This document shows positions 30,200-41,317 of a DNA stretch of 64,000 bases, one piece after another. The position numbers and the translations under genes were made by a program. Where the stretch lies: the IMG/VR virus record IMGVR_UViG_3300018080_005419; one strand, written 5' to 3'. Below the pieces are notes generated by a model. It saw only the letters and a program-made list of their open reading frames with translations. It was not told the origin of the DNA and made no database searches. The first letter of the stretch is position 1; each line of letters begins with the position of its first letter. Source of the stretch: a virus.

Positions 30200-31054
30200 T
30201 TAGTTTTCTAAAATATAGTTACATAAATTACAGAATAAATTCTTATAATTTCCATACGAATTTTTATTTATTTCATTATTATGTTTCTGACAAATTGGAT
30301 GTCCTGCATACCAATGATAGCCTATTGTTTCCTCAGGAAGAGTTTCGGGATCAATATCATGAGAAAATGCATATGTTATTTGTGTAGAATTATACGGATA
30401 AACTAAATTCATAGGTATATTATAAAACTTCAAATTTGGATACTTCCTGATTGCTTCTTCTAGTACTTTTGCAGGTCCTACTTTATACAAATTATAAATA
30501 TTTAAAACTCCTGCTGACTGATAATTTTTACTATGAAATGATTTAATATTATTTTTAAAAATATCTCCATAAAAATCATTATTGCCAGCAGAGAACAAAA
30601 ATCCAATAGACAAATGGCATGTTTGACAAATTCCAGTATCATAATTATTATCATTAATCTGTTTTAACCAATCACTTAAAGAACGATGATACAATATATC
30701 CATATCCGAATAAATTCCACCCTCTTTAGCTAACATGTGAAATTTAAACATATTGCTTAATTGCGAAGGGGTAATTATTTTATAAAAATCTGAGGACAAA
30801 ATTTCCTGTGGTATCTCCCATTCCTTTATTTCAACATTCAATTTTTTAATTTCATCAATATAATTTTTTTGTTTGTATTTAAAGAAATCCTGCTCATTGT
30901 GGTTATTCCATGTTTTTTCTGTATTTAATTGTGTATTGTAATATAAAGTTATTTTAAAGTCCGGATTGTATTTCGCAAAAGAAAATAACGTCATATATCT
31001 CATCCATGACATTTTTTCATTACCCCAATAAAAGAATATTCTCTTAGGAATCAT
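30200..31054 (-). CDS. GT32-like (DxD) glycosyltransferase
   Basis: IPKRIFFYW, GGIYSDMD, GYHWYAG. Confidence 0.8.
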   Translation of the reverse strand: MIPKRIFFYWGNEKMSWMRYMTLFSFAKYNPDFKITLYYNTQLNTEKTWNNHNEQDFFKYKQKNYIDEIKKLNVEIKEWEIPQEILSSDFYKIITPSQLSNMFKFHMLAKEGGIYSDMDILYHRSLSDWLKQINDNNYDTGICQTCHLSIGFLFSAGNNDFYGDIFKNNIKSFHSKNYQSAGVLNIYNLYKVGPAKVLEEAIRKYPNLKFYNIPMNLVYPYNSTQITYAFSHDIDPETLPEETIGYHWYAGHPICQKHNNEINKNSYGNYKNLFCNLCNYILEN

Positions 31055-31790
31055 ATATTTGTTTCCCCCATTTACGAATTAAAATTTCCCTATTGATTGA
31101 TACTCTTTTTTGCATTTCATGTTTGGGTAAAGAAAATCGTTCATGTTGTTGATGACATACCACTAAAGGAACCAATCTACTAGGAATATTATTCGACTTA
31201 ATTTTGTTGGCAAAATCTCTGTCTTCTGAGGCAATTCCATTAATAAATTCCTCGCTGAATCCTCCAATTTTTTCAAATAGATCTTTATGCAATACCGAAC
31301 AAAAATGAAATAACCTTCTATTCCAACGTGGATGAACATACCAATTCTTTGTAGGATTTATAGTGTATTTCATATCCTCAAAGGTCTCAAAATCATTTAC
31401 ATTTATTACCGATTTGCAAAAACAAATATAGTATTGATCAGGATTCTCTTCTAGGAGATCATCAAAACCTTTTAAAACATTTGCCTCATGTAAAACCTCT
31501 GGGTTCGTCAAAATCAAAAACATTCCCTGACAATGAGATGCTCCAACATTAAACATTCCTGCAGGATTATAACAATTTTCTCTGGTGTATGATATTAGTT
31601 TGATATTAGCGTGACCCTCTATCACCTTCCATAAATCTTCGTGTTTTTTTTGATCCTTTATGTTTTTCATATCTTCTATAATGATAATTTCATAGTCGTT
31701 TCGATCAGCATAAAAATGATGAAAAGTTGTAAGAGTATTTTTTAATTGTTGCGAACGATTATAGTAAGGCATCAACATTGAATATTTCAT
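31044..31790 (-). CDS. GT2-family glycosyltransferase
   Basis: MPYYNR, FNVGA, GGFSEEF..IASEDRDF, HQQH. Confidence 0.82.
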   Translation of the reverse strand: MKYSMLMPYYNRSQQLKNTLTTFHHFYADRNDYEIIIIEDMKNIKDQKKHEDLWKVIEGHANIKLISYTRENCYNPAGMFNVGASHCQGMFLILTNPEVLHEANVLKGFDDLLEENPDQYYICFCKSVINVNDFETFEDMKYTINPTKNWYVHPRWNRRLFHFCSVLHKDLFEKIGGFSEEFINGIASEDRDFANKIKSNNIPSRLVPLVVCHQQHERFSLPKHEMQKRVSINREILIRKWGKQIYDS

Positions 31791-32611
31791 TTTTTGCGAC
31801 TAGCTCCAACCCAAGGAAATTCAACCAATGGGATTTCTTCAATGCCAAGAAAACCGCATAGCTTTTTCCATTTATCTATATTGCTTAATTTGGAGTCTGT
31901 AATATCAATTTGAAGAAGTTGATCTTGCTTATCATCAAAAAAACGCCCAATTTGTATTTGATGCTTTATGTATCCATTTGAAAAAGATTCTTCATTAAAA
32001 GGGAACACATTATTCAAAAAAACTTCACCATAAGCAAACTGATCAACAAGATGACAATGGCTTATATGTTTCTTTTTAAAGAATAATCTACATGATCTTA
32101 ACCACAAATCTAAATCACGAATAGTCCATATAAATTTTGCTTTAGGGAATTTTTTATAGATTCTTTCAATAAAACTGGGAACCCAAATCGGAGTGTCATC
32201 ATAAAAATGATACCTACTATATGTATCAACATCTAAAGATAAGGGAGAATGTTTAACACTAAATCCCAATAAAAAAATAGCCTTACAAAGAGAGGTAGTG
32301 CCGGTTCTTGGAAGTCCTACATTGAATATTTTCAGTTTTCTGTCATCTTTAGATTTTAAAAAACCCTCAAGCAACCAACCAAAATTGGATTTGCCATAGA
32401 ACGTATCAAGCTCGTTATTAAACACAAGTGTATCAATTGAACGATTTCCTAATCGATATTGAATTTCTACACTACCATCTTCTAAAATCTTATATTGATT
32501 ATTTTCAATACTCCAAGCATCACAAAGACCATCCTCCTTAAAAAACAAAATAGTCTCGGAAGCATGATCTAGATTTCTTAAAACAAATTTTTGACCGATC
32601 AGCTTTTTCAT
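31787..32611 (-). CDS. Sulfotransferase-family protein with N-terminal ~82-aa beta-rich module
   Basis: 5'-PSB-like VGLPRTGTTSL, DTP, FIWTIRD..WLRS, WKKLCGFLG. Confidence 0.8.
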   Translation of the reverse strand: MKKLIGQKFVLRNLDHASETILFFKEDGLCDAWSIENNQYKILEDGSVEIQYRLGNRSIDTLVFNNELDTFYGKSNFGWLLEGFLKSKDDRKLKIFNVGLPRTGTTSLCKAIFLLGFSVKHSPLSLDVDTYSRYHFYDDTPIWVPSFIERIYKKFPKAKFIWTIRDLDLWLRSCRLFFKKKHISHCHLVDQFAYGEVFLNNVFPFNEESFSNGYIKHQIQIGRFFDDKQDQLLQIDITDSKLSNIDKWKKLCGFLGIEEIPLVEFPWVGASRKK

Positions 32612-34995
32612 CAGATTTCCAATCTAAAAGCTGGTCTGTTATCGCTATGACCCAAATAATCAAAATGTTTAATGCCGAATTTAGAAAAAATATTTGAATA
32701 AAATTCAATGGTGTCTATTTTAGGGTTGGCATGTCCTTCAAAGAATATTGCTTTCTTAGTGTGTTCTATAATAAATTTAAAATTGTTTTCTGGATCTGAC
32801 AATTCCTTTGTCCGATATATGGCTAAATACATTGCATAGTCCCATTCATTAACAACTTCTATAATATTGTTTTTGTATGATTCACGATTAAAGTCAAACT
32901 GCCGAAACTGAATATCAAAACCTAAAATTTGATTAATTTTTTGAGCTACATTTAAAGCTTCAATTTGATATTCAAAACCATATATATACTTTGCACCTCT
33001 AAAGGCAGCTTCAAAACAAGATTGCCCTATATTACATCCAAAATCTACAACGGTACTGTCAGCTAATTCATCAAAATTGTAAACTTCACGAAAGCGTTCT
33101 CTTTGTTTTCTTTGCCCTTTTAATCCGACTTCTCTAATTTCATGATATTTAGGGAACCATGAGGCTTTACTATTAAGATCTGTTAATATTTGAGTATCCT
33201 CTTTGCTAATAAAATTATTTAATGAATCTCTATGAATTAACACATAACAATCAATAGCAGTTTTTCCAGCCTCTAAATAAGACATTGTTCTATTACTACC
33301 ATCTAAAAATAAAAGATTGTCTGCATCAATTTCTGCTCCGTTTTCAATATAAACAGACGGATGAGTTAAAATAATAGGAGGAAAAACAACCCCATCATTA
33401 ACCAGCGCAGAATAATCTTTAAATCGTTCTTTTTTCCACTTGTTCCATCTATTTATTGCCTCCTCATCCCTAAAAGAAATCTGAAGTGGTGCAGATATAA
33501 TACATAGATCGCCAAGATTGATTTCACAATTAGTTGTCTTTCCATAAGTTTTTTGAAGGGAAATTCTCAACAGACTTTTATAATCGTGTTTAGGACCAAA
33601 ATCATAGTTTTTTAAAACTGACCGAGCACATATAATATTACTAGATAAAGTCAAATCTATGCTGGTATCTATAAATGATTCTACAGCAAATTTATGATGT
33701 AAAGAAAAGATATTCCCTTTTGGGGTTTTCTGAATAATACGTCCTTCAATAGGCCAACCAAAATTAGATTCACCTTTGAATAATGTGTGATCCTCATTAA
33801 AACGAACAATATCAATCGCCTTATTTCCAGCAGAATATTTAATCTTAACCGAATTATTTCCTATAAATTCATAATGATTGTTACTTAAATTCCAAGCTGA
33901 ACAAATTCCATTTTCTAAAAATGTTATTTCAGTACCAGAATTATGTTGTAGATTTTCCATTTCATAAGTTTGTCCAATAATCTCAATTATTTCTTTAGAC
34001 TCTTCACACGGTTCTTCAATTTCCCCTTTTAATAAATGACCTTCTGAAGTAACACCACTAACAGATTTCCAATCAGATGAAAATTCTAAATAATCATAAG
34101 CATAACTTCCTTCAGAATTATAAATTATGCAGGAATGATTTGAAAGAATATTGTATTCGTTGACGATGTGCCATTGAGAACATTTTTTCTGATCGATAAA
34201 AAATAATTCTGTAGTTGAATTATGATTTTCATTCCTTACTGTATACTTTTTATTTAAAACTTTTTCCACAAAGAAACGCTCATCACACTTAGGATCTTTG
34301 ACGCACTTCTCTTTTAAGAACTTGTTGTACTTTTTTAATTCTCTTAGATAACTAGCGCTATTATTTGCTGTTTGATAATAATGCTCATATTCTTTATCTA
34401 AATTATCAGGATCAATCATCCAATCAGCATGTATAAATAAATATGGCTCTTTTGTGCGAATATGGTTTCCATCAGCATTCCAGACATTTCTATGCCTTAC
34501 TAGACAAAATGTTGTATCTATTGGATAATATAGACCTCTACCGCAACTTGTTTCTCCTCTGATTAAATGTTTTTCCCATAGCAACACTCTTTTCTTTAAA
34601 GGATAACAATCAGGAAGATCTAAATTTAACCCAACACCTACCTTTTCAACTTTTGGATAGTCATTTAAAATTGAAAATAGATAAGGAATTAAATCGTTAG
34701 GACAATCGCATGTAGGATATAAATCCGGATCAGAAATAATAAATGGTTCTCTGCCAGAAAAACAATTAGAACAAAAATATCTTAAAGCATTATGTCCCAT
34801 ATTTTTATTTAAATAATGAACTGTAACTTTTTCTTTATATTTATCATATAGATCCAAAGTAGGTTGATAATCCGACTTATTATCAACAATATGAATGCAA
34901 TCAACTCCCTGCGCCTCGAATAAAAGCCAATCAAGAAGTCTTTTAAGCGGATCGCAACGATTGAAGTTATTAATAACAACTTCCGTCTTTACCAT
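32611..34995 (-). CDS. Multidomain protein: GT2-like, two beta modules, unknown domain, SAM methyltransferase-like
   Basis: N-terminal NFNR..VDNKS..ISDPD; C-terminal VVDFGCNIGQ. Confidence 0.7.
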   Translation of the reverse strand: MVKTEVVINNFNRCDPLKRLLDWLLFEAQGVDCIHIVDNKSDYQPTLDLYDKYKEKVTVHYLNKNMGHNALRYFCSNCFSGREPFIISDPDLYPTCDCPNDLIPYLFSILNDYPKVEKVGVGLNLDLPDCYPLKKRVLLWEKHLIRGETSCGRGLYYPIDTTFCLVRHRNVWNADGNHIRTKEPYLFIHADWMIDPDNLDKEYEHYYQTANNSASYLRELKKYNKFLKEKCVKDPKCDERFFVEKVLNKKYTVRNENHNSTTELFFIDQKKCSQWHIVNEYNILSNHSCIIYNSEGSYAYDYLEFSSDWKSVSGVTSEGHLLKGEIEEPCEESKEIIEIIGQTYEMENLQHNSGTEITFLENGICSAWNLSNNHYEFIGNNSVKIKYSAGNKAIDIVRFNEDHTLFKGESNFGWPIEGRIIQKTPKGNIFSLHHKFAVESFIDTSIDLTLSSNIICARSVLKNYDFGPKHDYKSLLRISLQKTYGKTTNCEINLGDLCIISAPLQISFRDEEAINRWNKWKKERFKDYSALVNDGVVFPPIILTHPSVYIENGAEIDADNLLFLDGSNRTMSYLEAGKTAIDCYVLIHRDSLNNFISKEDTQILTDLNSKASWFPKYHEIREVGLKGQRKQRERFREVYNFDELADSTVVDFGCNIGQSCFEAAFRGAKYIYGFEYQIEALNVAQKINQILGFDIQFRQFDFNRESYKNNIIEVVNEWDYAMYLAIYRTKELSDPENNFKFIIEHTKKAIFFEGHANPKIDTIEFYSNIFSKFGIKHFDYLGHSDNRPAFRLEI

Positions 34996-37900
34996 TTAAA
35001 TAGATTCCCAATCCCAATCGTTCAATTTTAGTCCGCGTCTATGAGAAGCCAATCCGGGAAGAGCAGAATATAATTTAGATTTATTGTTAGACCACATATC
35101 ACACCACATTTGATGATCTGTTAATGGATTTTGAGCATCCACAAATAAATGAGAATTTAAAGATAAGGATTGTCCGGTCGCCACAAAAGTAAGACAAGTA
35201 GAAATGCACGTTCTCCAATGATGATCTTGTTCCCATATAATTTCATTTTGATATATATTATTGATAAATTGATATTCTGATTTTATATTAGATTCTATAT
35301 ATCTATCAGGATGATCATAAAGAGTGACAAAATCAGATGGATGATCTTTAATAAAAAGATAGGATTTTTCAAATGCATCTGGACGATAAAGATAATCATC
35401 CTCACAAAAGAAAACAACAGTGTCTTTACTAGCTAATTCTTTAGCAATTTCCATTGAATCTAAATAAAAAGTATAATAATTCCTATTTTTACATAATTTT
35501 CCAGATACTAGTTTCTTTTCACATTTGGATGAATGAGTCTCAATAATAGAAAAAAAGTCTCCAAATTTTTGATTAAGCATATCTATAATAATTTGAGGGC
35601 TGTCGTCAACTATTAAATGAGACGAAAATGTAAGATTAAATTTTTGCACAAAAGGCAAAAATAAATTGTTAAAATTTTCAAGAAATGAAAACTTTTCATG
35701 ATCTATACTAGTAGAGTGAAAACGATAAAGAACCAATACATCAGGAGATAAATTTGGTTCATTTTCAATTATATTAAGAGTTTTGTCATTCTGTTCTGGC
35801 AACACTTTTCGAACAACTAGTTCAATAGAATATTCACCAGAACTATGGTCTTTAGGCCCATTAAAAACAAATTCATCATCACATACTTTAATATATTCAA
35901 TTACGTAATTCGATTTTATAGTATTTTCAAAAAGAAGTTTTAACCCAACAGTATCCGGCAATTCGTCGTTTAACGGCAAAAAAAATCTTTTATGATCTCT
36001 ATTCCATTGAGAAGGAAGATTTTTCTTCTTTTCATATAAATCTCGATGAGGAACTGATACAATTAAATATCCTCCAGGTTTTAAAATTCGCCACCAATTT
36101 TGAATAGCTATTTTAGCACTATTCATGTGTTCAAGACAATGAGACGAATAAACAAAATCGTATAAGTCGTCCTTTACCCCATTCATATATTGCGCATCAC
36201 CATCTTTAATATCCCACGTATCTACATTCTCTGTTATTGGATCTTTTCCACATCCAATATCGATACCCTTCCCTTTGCAAAATTTTTCGAAGAAACCATT
36301 TATTTCTCTGCGGATTTGTGCTTTATGAGTCTCACCTCTGTGCATAATTTTATGATGCTCTTTAATTGATTTACTAGATGACAAAGGTTCTGCAGATTTT
36401 TCGCAAATATCTATGTTTTTTCCTAATACAATAAGGCCATGGCTGTGCTTATGTTTTTCAATAATTTTCCATTCATTATGCTTAGATGTAAAGTCTGAAA
36501 TAGCTTGTTGTAAGCCTGGGTTTTTTCCATCATCGCCAACTATACCAAATGTCTCTGTATCATGAATTAGAATATACTTTGAAACTTTTGAATGGTGTCT
36601 TTCTAGTTCTTTGCCGACCCTATCGTAATTATGCCAAGTGTCCAAATGCAATAAATCAACTTCAGAAATTTCAGCCTCAAGACTGTCCTTCGTTCTAAAA
36701 ATAAATTCAGTGTCTTTTAATCCTTCTCTTAATTCATGAAGTAGAGATATATTATTTGTATTATAACATTCAAAATATTTAGGATTTGAATTAGCTAGAC
36801 AAAGAGTAGTGACATAATTACCATCTCTAAATTCTGCTATCCTATCGCATTGAGCAGCATATTTTTCATAAACATCAAGAAGACCTTTTACATCTGAATG
36901 GCTTTTCTTCGTCTGCGCATATAAAGACTCGACAGTTTCTCCTTTTAAAACCTGACTGTCAAAATATCCTTTGGGATCATGACTCCAAAATCGATCTATT
37001 TTTTCTAGTTTTCCGCCATCTCTTTCCAAACAAAAAGACATTACCGAATCATCTTTATAATGAATGACACTAGGAGGCAATCCATTATAATATTTATCCC
37101 ATACAGCCATCGGAGCACTCATAAAATTACCTTGTATGAACTGATAAACTCTAGGTTTTTCGTTAATTCCGATTTCCTTAAGCTCACCAAAAAAATCATT
37201 ATGTTTATCAAAATTCCCAGCTATAAATTTGTCTTTAAGTGATTTTTGTAATTGCAGGTATCGAACATGATTATAAATACCTTCTATATCAATTTTAACA
37301 TCTTGACCGCATCGCATCATAAAACATTCATTGCCGTATCTTTTCTTAAAATATTGAATGGCTCGTTTTGTTGGTCGCACAATGCCGGTAGGATTTCCCT
37401 CAGGCCTCAAATCAATCATTGGCACGTCAGAAAAATCAATATTCGCATCACATTTATCTACTGTAAAAACAACATCAATATCTAACTTGGTCAAATCCTT
37501 AAATAATTGTCTTCTCTCTAAAAACATTTTTCTGTGTTGCGCTGTTTCTATATATAAAGGAATATGAAGACAAGTCTTTTTCATTTCAAAACTTGACGCT
37601 ATACGATCACTATTTGCGTTTAAAAAATGATGAGCTTCTTCTATAATAGACTGTTCATTTTCCCAACCGTCATGTAAAAACAACAAATTATCGTTATTTT
37701 GCTGCTTCATAAAAGGAACAAAATCAGTACTCCAATCCTTCTTTCTAAAAATAAGCATTGGACAACCGCACATGGCAGCAATATGAGAAGTTCCTGTATC
37801 TGTGCTGATAAACAATCTACAGTTTTTCAACATTGTCACTAATGCATCTAATGGACGTTCGTACTCCCAATTTCTTACAGCAACTTCAGGAAAATCAAAT

Positions 37901-38499
37901 GTAGTATCGGGATGTCCAACAATCCCTACTTTATATTCTTTCAGGCTATCAATGATTTTTTGCCATTTATCTCTAGGATAGTTTCTTTGTGAATCTCGGC
38001 CTCTATTTCTTGGACCTATTACAACATCTACATCGATTTCTTCGCAAAACGGATCTAAAGGAATTGGCATAAATTGAACAAAACGGTAAGAAATTTCATG
38101 CCCAACTTCAATCAATTGATGGTGGGGATATCTTTTATGAAAATCTTGCTTTAATTTCTTATATTTTGCATCACCTTGGGGAATGTTCGCGCCAAGTCTT
38201 TTTTCATCCTTTTGAAAATCATCCCAATCATAAATAAATTCATCAGCAGAAGGGAAAAATATCTCTTCTCCGTGACGACAGCAAACTATTTTTTTGGGAC
38301 ATTTAAAATAATGAACGAATCTAATAAAGGTGTTAATAAAAAAGCCAAATTCTCCCATAAAAGGAAGAAAGACACAAGGCTGATTTGATCCTCTTTTAAT
38401 TTGTTCTAATACAGGAATACCAGTATTTATCTTAGCTAGATCTTGCCAATCTTTAGCATAACCCACATTTAAATGTTCTAATTTCTTTAAGTCTAGCAT
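34996..38499 (-). CDS. Multidomain glycosyltransferase/methyltransferase polyprotein
   Basis: GT9-like STDTGTSHIAAMCGCP; LHLDTWHNY..ILIHDT; IDIGCG..SSHCLEH..LKPGG; FFCEDDYL. Confidence 0.75.
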   Translation of the reverse strand: MLDLKKLEHLNVGYAKDWQDLAKINTGIPVLEQIKRGSNQPCVFLPFMGEFGFFINTFIRFVHYFKCPKKIVCCRHGEEIFFPSADEFIYDWDDFQKDEKRLGANIPQGDAKYKKLKQDFHKRYPHHQLIEVGHEISYRFVQFMPIPLDPFCEEIDVDVVIGPRNRGRDSQRNYPRDKWQKIIDSLKEYKVGIVGHPDTTFDFPEVAVRNWEYERPLDALVTMLKNCRLFISTDTGTSHIAAMCGCPMLIFRKKDWSTDFVPFMKQQNNDNLLFLHDGWENEQSIIEEAHHFLNANSDRIASSFEMKKTCLHIPLYIETAQHRKMFLERRQLFKDLTKLDIDVVFTVDKCDANIDFSDVPMIDLRPEGNPTGIVRPTKRAIQYFKKRYGNECFMMRCGQDVKIDIEGIYNHVRYLQLQKSLKDKFIAGNFDKHNDFFGELKEIGINEKPRVYQFIQGNFMSAPMAVWDKYYNGLPPSVIHYKDDSVMSFCLERDGGKLEKIDRFWSHDPKGYFDSQVLKGETVESLYAQTKKSHSDVKGLLDVYEKYAAQCDRIAEFRDGNYVTTLCLANSNPKYFECYNTNNISLLHELREGLKDTEFIFRTKDSLEAEISEVDLLHLDTWHNYDRVGKELERHHSKVSKYILIHDTETFGIVGDDGKNPGLQQAISDFTSKHNEWKIIEKHKHSHGLIVLGKNIDICEKSAEPLSSSKSIKEHHKIMHRGETHKAQIRREINGFFEKFCKGKGIDIGCGKDPITENVDTWDIKDGDAQYMNGVKDDLYDFVYSSHCLEHMNSAKIAIQNWWRILKPGGYLIVSVPHRDLYEKKKNLPSQWNRDHKRFFLPLNDELPDTVGLKLLFENTIKSNYVIEYIKVCDDEFVFNGPKDHSSGEYSIELVVRKVLPEQNDKTLNIIENEPNLSPDVLVLYRFHSTSIDHEKFSFLENFNNLFLPFVQKFNLTFSSHLIVDDSPQIIIDMLNQKFGDFFSIIETHSSKCEKKLVSGKLCKNRNYYTFYLDSMEIAKELASKDTVVFFCEDDYLYRPDAFEKSYLFIKDHPSDFVTLYDHPDRYIESNIKSEYQFINNIYQNEIIWEQDHHWRTCISTCLTFVATGQSLSLNSHLFVDAQNPLTDHQMWCDMWSNNKSKLYSALPGLASHRRGLKLNDWDWESI

Positions 38500-38516
38500 T
38501 CATCTCTATCCTGTTT

Positions 38517-39362
38517 CTATGATGCCAAGACACCCTTACTACGCATCGCATGAACAATTGCTGGTTGAACAGGTACAGGTTTATTGGTAAAATAATCTAC
38601 AAAATTCCATGGCTCATCAACAGGAAGTCTATTGTTAAAGTGACCTGTCCAATCAGAAGCCCAAATATCAGAAAAATTGTAAATCTGATGGGCCTCTGCA
38701 TCAGCACAAAGCATATGAGTAGCATAAGCTAATGGTGCTTCTTCAGTAAATGTATGGCCTCTATCTTTACAATAAGTCCAGAAAAAACGCATTAAGCTAC
38801 AAATCGTATTAATCGCTTCTTTTTGAACAATCCACAAACCAGCATTAACATTATAAACATTCATACTAATAACACCACATTCTCTCATTAATTCTTCATA
38901 TCGAGGAATCCAACAACCCCACCAATCAAAACGCACATTTTCTGGATTATATGTTTTACTTTCTAAAAAACTATGAATTGGAGAACCCTGCATCATTATT
39001 AAAGGATCATAAGGTAATTCTCGAACAAAATATGTATCAGCATCCATAAAAATAAAGTAATCGTAGTCAAGTTTTGCGACCTCTCTTTGTAAAAATTCTA
39101 CTTTAAATAAATAATGTTTTTTATCAAATGAATTAGTATCTACATGATGAATAACAGCACCCTCAATATCGTCTCTGTCTGTCCATAAGTGAATATCACC
39201 TTCAATATTATGTTCTTTCATGCTTTTAACGGTAGATCTTAACATCTTACCATGATGACCGTCGCCTACACTCCACCAGCAATAGTTACCAAACATTGAA
39301 CACTCTCCTCCATATTTCCTCGTGCTTTTTAGAATCACAAATAACAGATCCAGCATAAGCAC
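38517..39362 (-). CDS. Putative nucleotide-diphospho-sugar transferase
   Basis: FIFMDADTYF, VNAGLW; start probably the second Met (MFGNYC). Confidence 0.65.
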   Translation of the reverse strand: MLMLDLLFVILKSTRKYGGECSMFGNYCWWSVGDGHHGKMLRSTVKSMKEHNIEGDIHLWTDRDDIEGAVIHHVDTNSFDKKHYLFKVEFLQREVAKLDYDYFIFMDADTYFVRELPYDPLIMMQGSPIHSFLESKTYNPENVRFDWWGCWIPRYEELMRECGVISMNVYNVNAGLWIVQKEAINTICSLMRFFWTYCKDRGHTFTEEAPLAYATHMLCADAEAHQIYNFSDIWASDWTGHFNNRLPVDEPWNFVDYFTNKPVPVQPAIVHAMRSKGVLAS

Positions 39363-40368
39363 TTGCTTGTTTTCCTATTGTGTTTCTTAATCCTGGATTT
39401 CTTTGAAGTTCTTGGCAAACGCTTCTATAATCTTCAAAGGTTTCACACATAAATCCCGTCTTACCTTGCAAAATAAACTCAGCAAAATTATGTCCAGTAG
39501 GCACAACAGGAACACAACCAGTTAACATGGCTTCAACTGTTGTCCTGCCCCATGATTCTCTAAATGTATGTCCTAATTTATAAACAAACAAATCTAAAGA
39601 GTAGAGAAAATCAGTGACTTTTTCTTGTTCTTGTGCTAAAAACTCCCATTCAGAACCAAAGGAATGCCATTTATATATTGAATGTAATTTACTATCCCAA
39701 GCCATCACTCTATATTTCACATTCTTTAATCCTAGACTTTCGTAAAAAACAGGAAAGTCTAAACTATATTTTTCTTTGTCTGCTCTTGATAATCTTCCTA
39801 TAGCAAATTGAGAATTATTTCTTTGTTTATATGGATAACGAGTAGGATCAATGTAATTATCTACAACATAATTTTCTATTCCTGGCCTAGCATCATTATA
39901 TGAATTTTCTAGGACTTCTCTGTTGAATTTGGAACTATACAGGACAGCATCAATATATCCACTCTTAATACAACTCAATTCTCCAGGAAAATTCCACATC
40001 ATTTCATTTCCCCAGAGAACTTTAAGACCTTTTTCTTTTGCAATTCGACAAAGAGTGATCCCGCTTGTAAAAGAACCGTTACTTAAAGCAAGAGCAAACC
40101 CATCTAGCTTATCTCCCAATTTGTTAAACTCATCTCTAGATATACAATTAATTCCCATAGCTGTATATTGATCGTACCATTCTTTCTGGTTCAATTGCAT
40201 ATCTTGATTAGGAATAACTGTAATATCCATAAAACTATTCACAAGTCTCAAAGTATTGTCAAGTTTGGTATCAGCACCTCCATAATGTGAGGGCCAACCA
40301 AAAACATATAGCTTATTGGTGCTAGGTTGTGAATAGGCAGGAACCATCTCAATTACATTATCAGGCAT
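39286..40368 (-). CDS. GT4/GT-B glycosyltransferase
   Basis: ESWGRTTVEAMLTGCVPV, GKTGF. Confidence 0.82.
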   Translation of the reverse strand: MPDNVIEMVPAYSQPSTNKLYVFGWPSHYGGADTKLDNTLRLVNSFMDITVIPNQDMQLNQKEWYDQYTAMGINCISRDEFNKLGDKLDGFALALSNGSFTSGITLCRIAKEKGLKVLWGNEMMWNFPGELSCIKSGYIDAVLYSSKFNREVLENSYNDARPGIENYVVDNYIDPTRYPYKQRNNSQFAIGRLSRADKEKYSLDFPVFYESLGLKNVKYRVMAWDSKLHSIYKWHSFGSEWEFLAQEQEKVTDFLYSLDLFVYKLGHTFRESWGRTTVEAMLTGCVPVVPTGHNFAEFILQGKTGFMCETFEDYRSVCQELQRNPGLRNTIGKQASAYAGSVICDSKKHEEIWRRVFNVW

Positions 40369-40433
40369 AGCGCAAATTCTCCCCTAAAGGCAAAATGTTA
40401 AATCTATTATATCCAAAGAAACTACAAATATAT

Positions 40434-40467
40434 AAAAAAATCCTCCTCCTATTAAAAGAAAGAGGAC
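40434..40467 (-). terminator. Probable terminator after the 40493 gene
   Basis: TCCTCT/GGAGGA stem followed by T7 on the minus strand. Confidence 0.45.
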
Positions 40468-40492
40468 AATTAAATATTAAAGACAAGATTTC

Positions 40493-41263
40493 CTACTCAT
40501 CTTCTTGTTTAAGCGATTCCCAACATCTTTCTACTTCATCTCTTAACAATGGAGGATGATAGACCGATTTTAATTTTGAGATGTCCATTACACAATTAAC
40601 CAAGTATAATTTTTGGCTATCTATTAGTTCTTTCCCAGACATAGGCTCACCTTTTAATCCTAACCATTTTGCTAATAATGCTACAGAAGCATGACCATCG
40701 CAACAAACATTGTAAATACCATATTTGTTTGCTGTCAATAATGCTTTAGTTGCTTCAACAATAATATCAACGCTAGTATAAGAATTTTCCTCAACTACAT
40801 ATTTATTAAAATTAGATAGTTTACAGAGGAGGTTGTTTTTATCTTCATAGTCAGCAAAAAGAAGTCTCGGTCTAAGGATAAGATCTAACTCGCTACAGAA
40901 CTTTTCGCCAGCCCATTTAGTCACAGTATAGTTACAATGTGCGGCTATAAATGACTGTTCATCATGCAAATCTTCTTCGCCATCATAAAGACAGCCAGTT
41001 GATATATGTACAAACTTTTTATTTGTCTCTTTGCAAAACGAACTTAATGCTTTAGGAATGATTGCATTACTATATAAGGCAGGTTCAAAATTCTTTTCGC
41101 ACCATCTTGTATTGCTTTTTGCTATGCAGTTAATAATCACATCATAATTTATAAGTTCGGCAATATTTTCTTCTATTACAAATTCTTTTCCTCTTACTTC
41201 AAATCCGGCTTTTTCAAATGCTTTACCTAAAAAGCCTCGTCCTAATACAACAATCTTTTTCAT
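40493..41263 (-). CDS. RmlD-like NAD-dependent reductase/epimerase (third copy)
   Basis: VLGRGFLG, INCIA, HISTGCLY, YTVTK. Confidence 0.78.
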   Translation of the reverse strand: MKKIVVLGRGFLGKAFEKAGFEVRGKEFVIEENIAELINYDVIINCIAKSNTRWCEKNFEPALYSNAIIPKALSSFCKETNKKFVHISTGCLYDGEEDLHDEQSFIAAHCNYTVTKWAGEKFCSELDLILRPRLLFADYEDKNNLLCKLSNFNKYVVEENSYTSVDIIVEATKALLTANKYGIYNVCCDGHASVALLAKWLGLKGEPMSGKELIDSQKLYLVNCVMDISKLKSVYHPPLLRDEVERCWESLKQEDE

Positions 41264-41317
41264 CTTTTCTCCTGGTTGTATATGCCCACATCACGGTGAA
41301 CATCGTTCTATATACCC

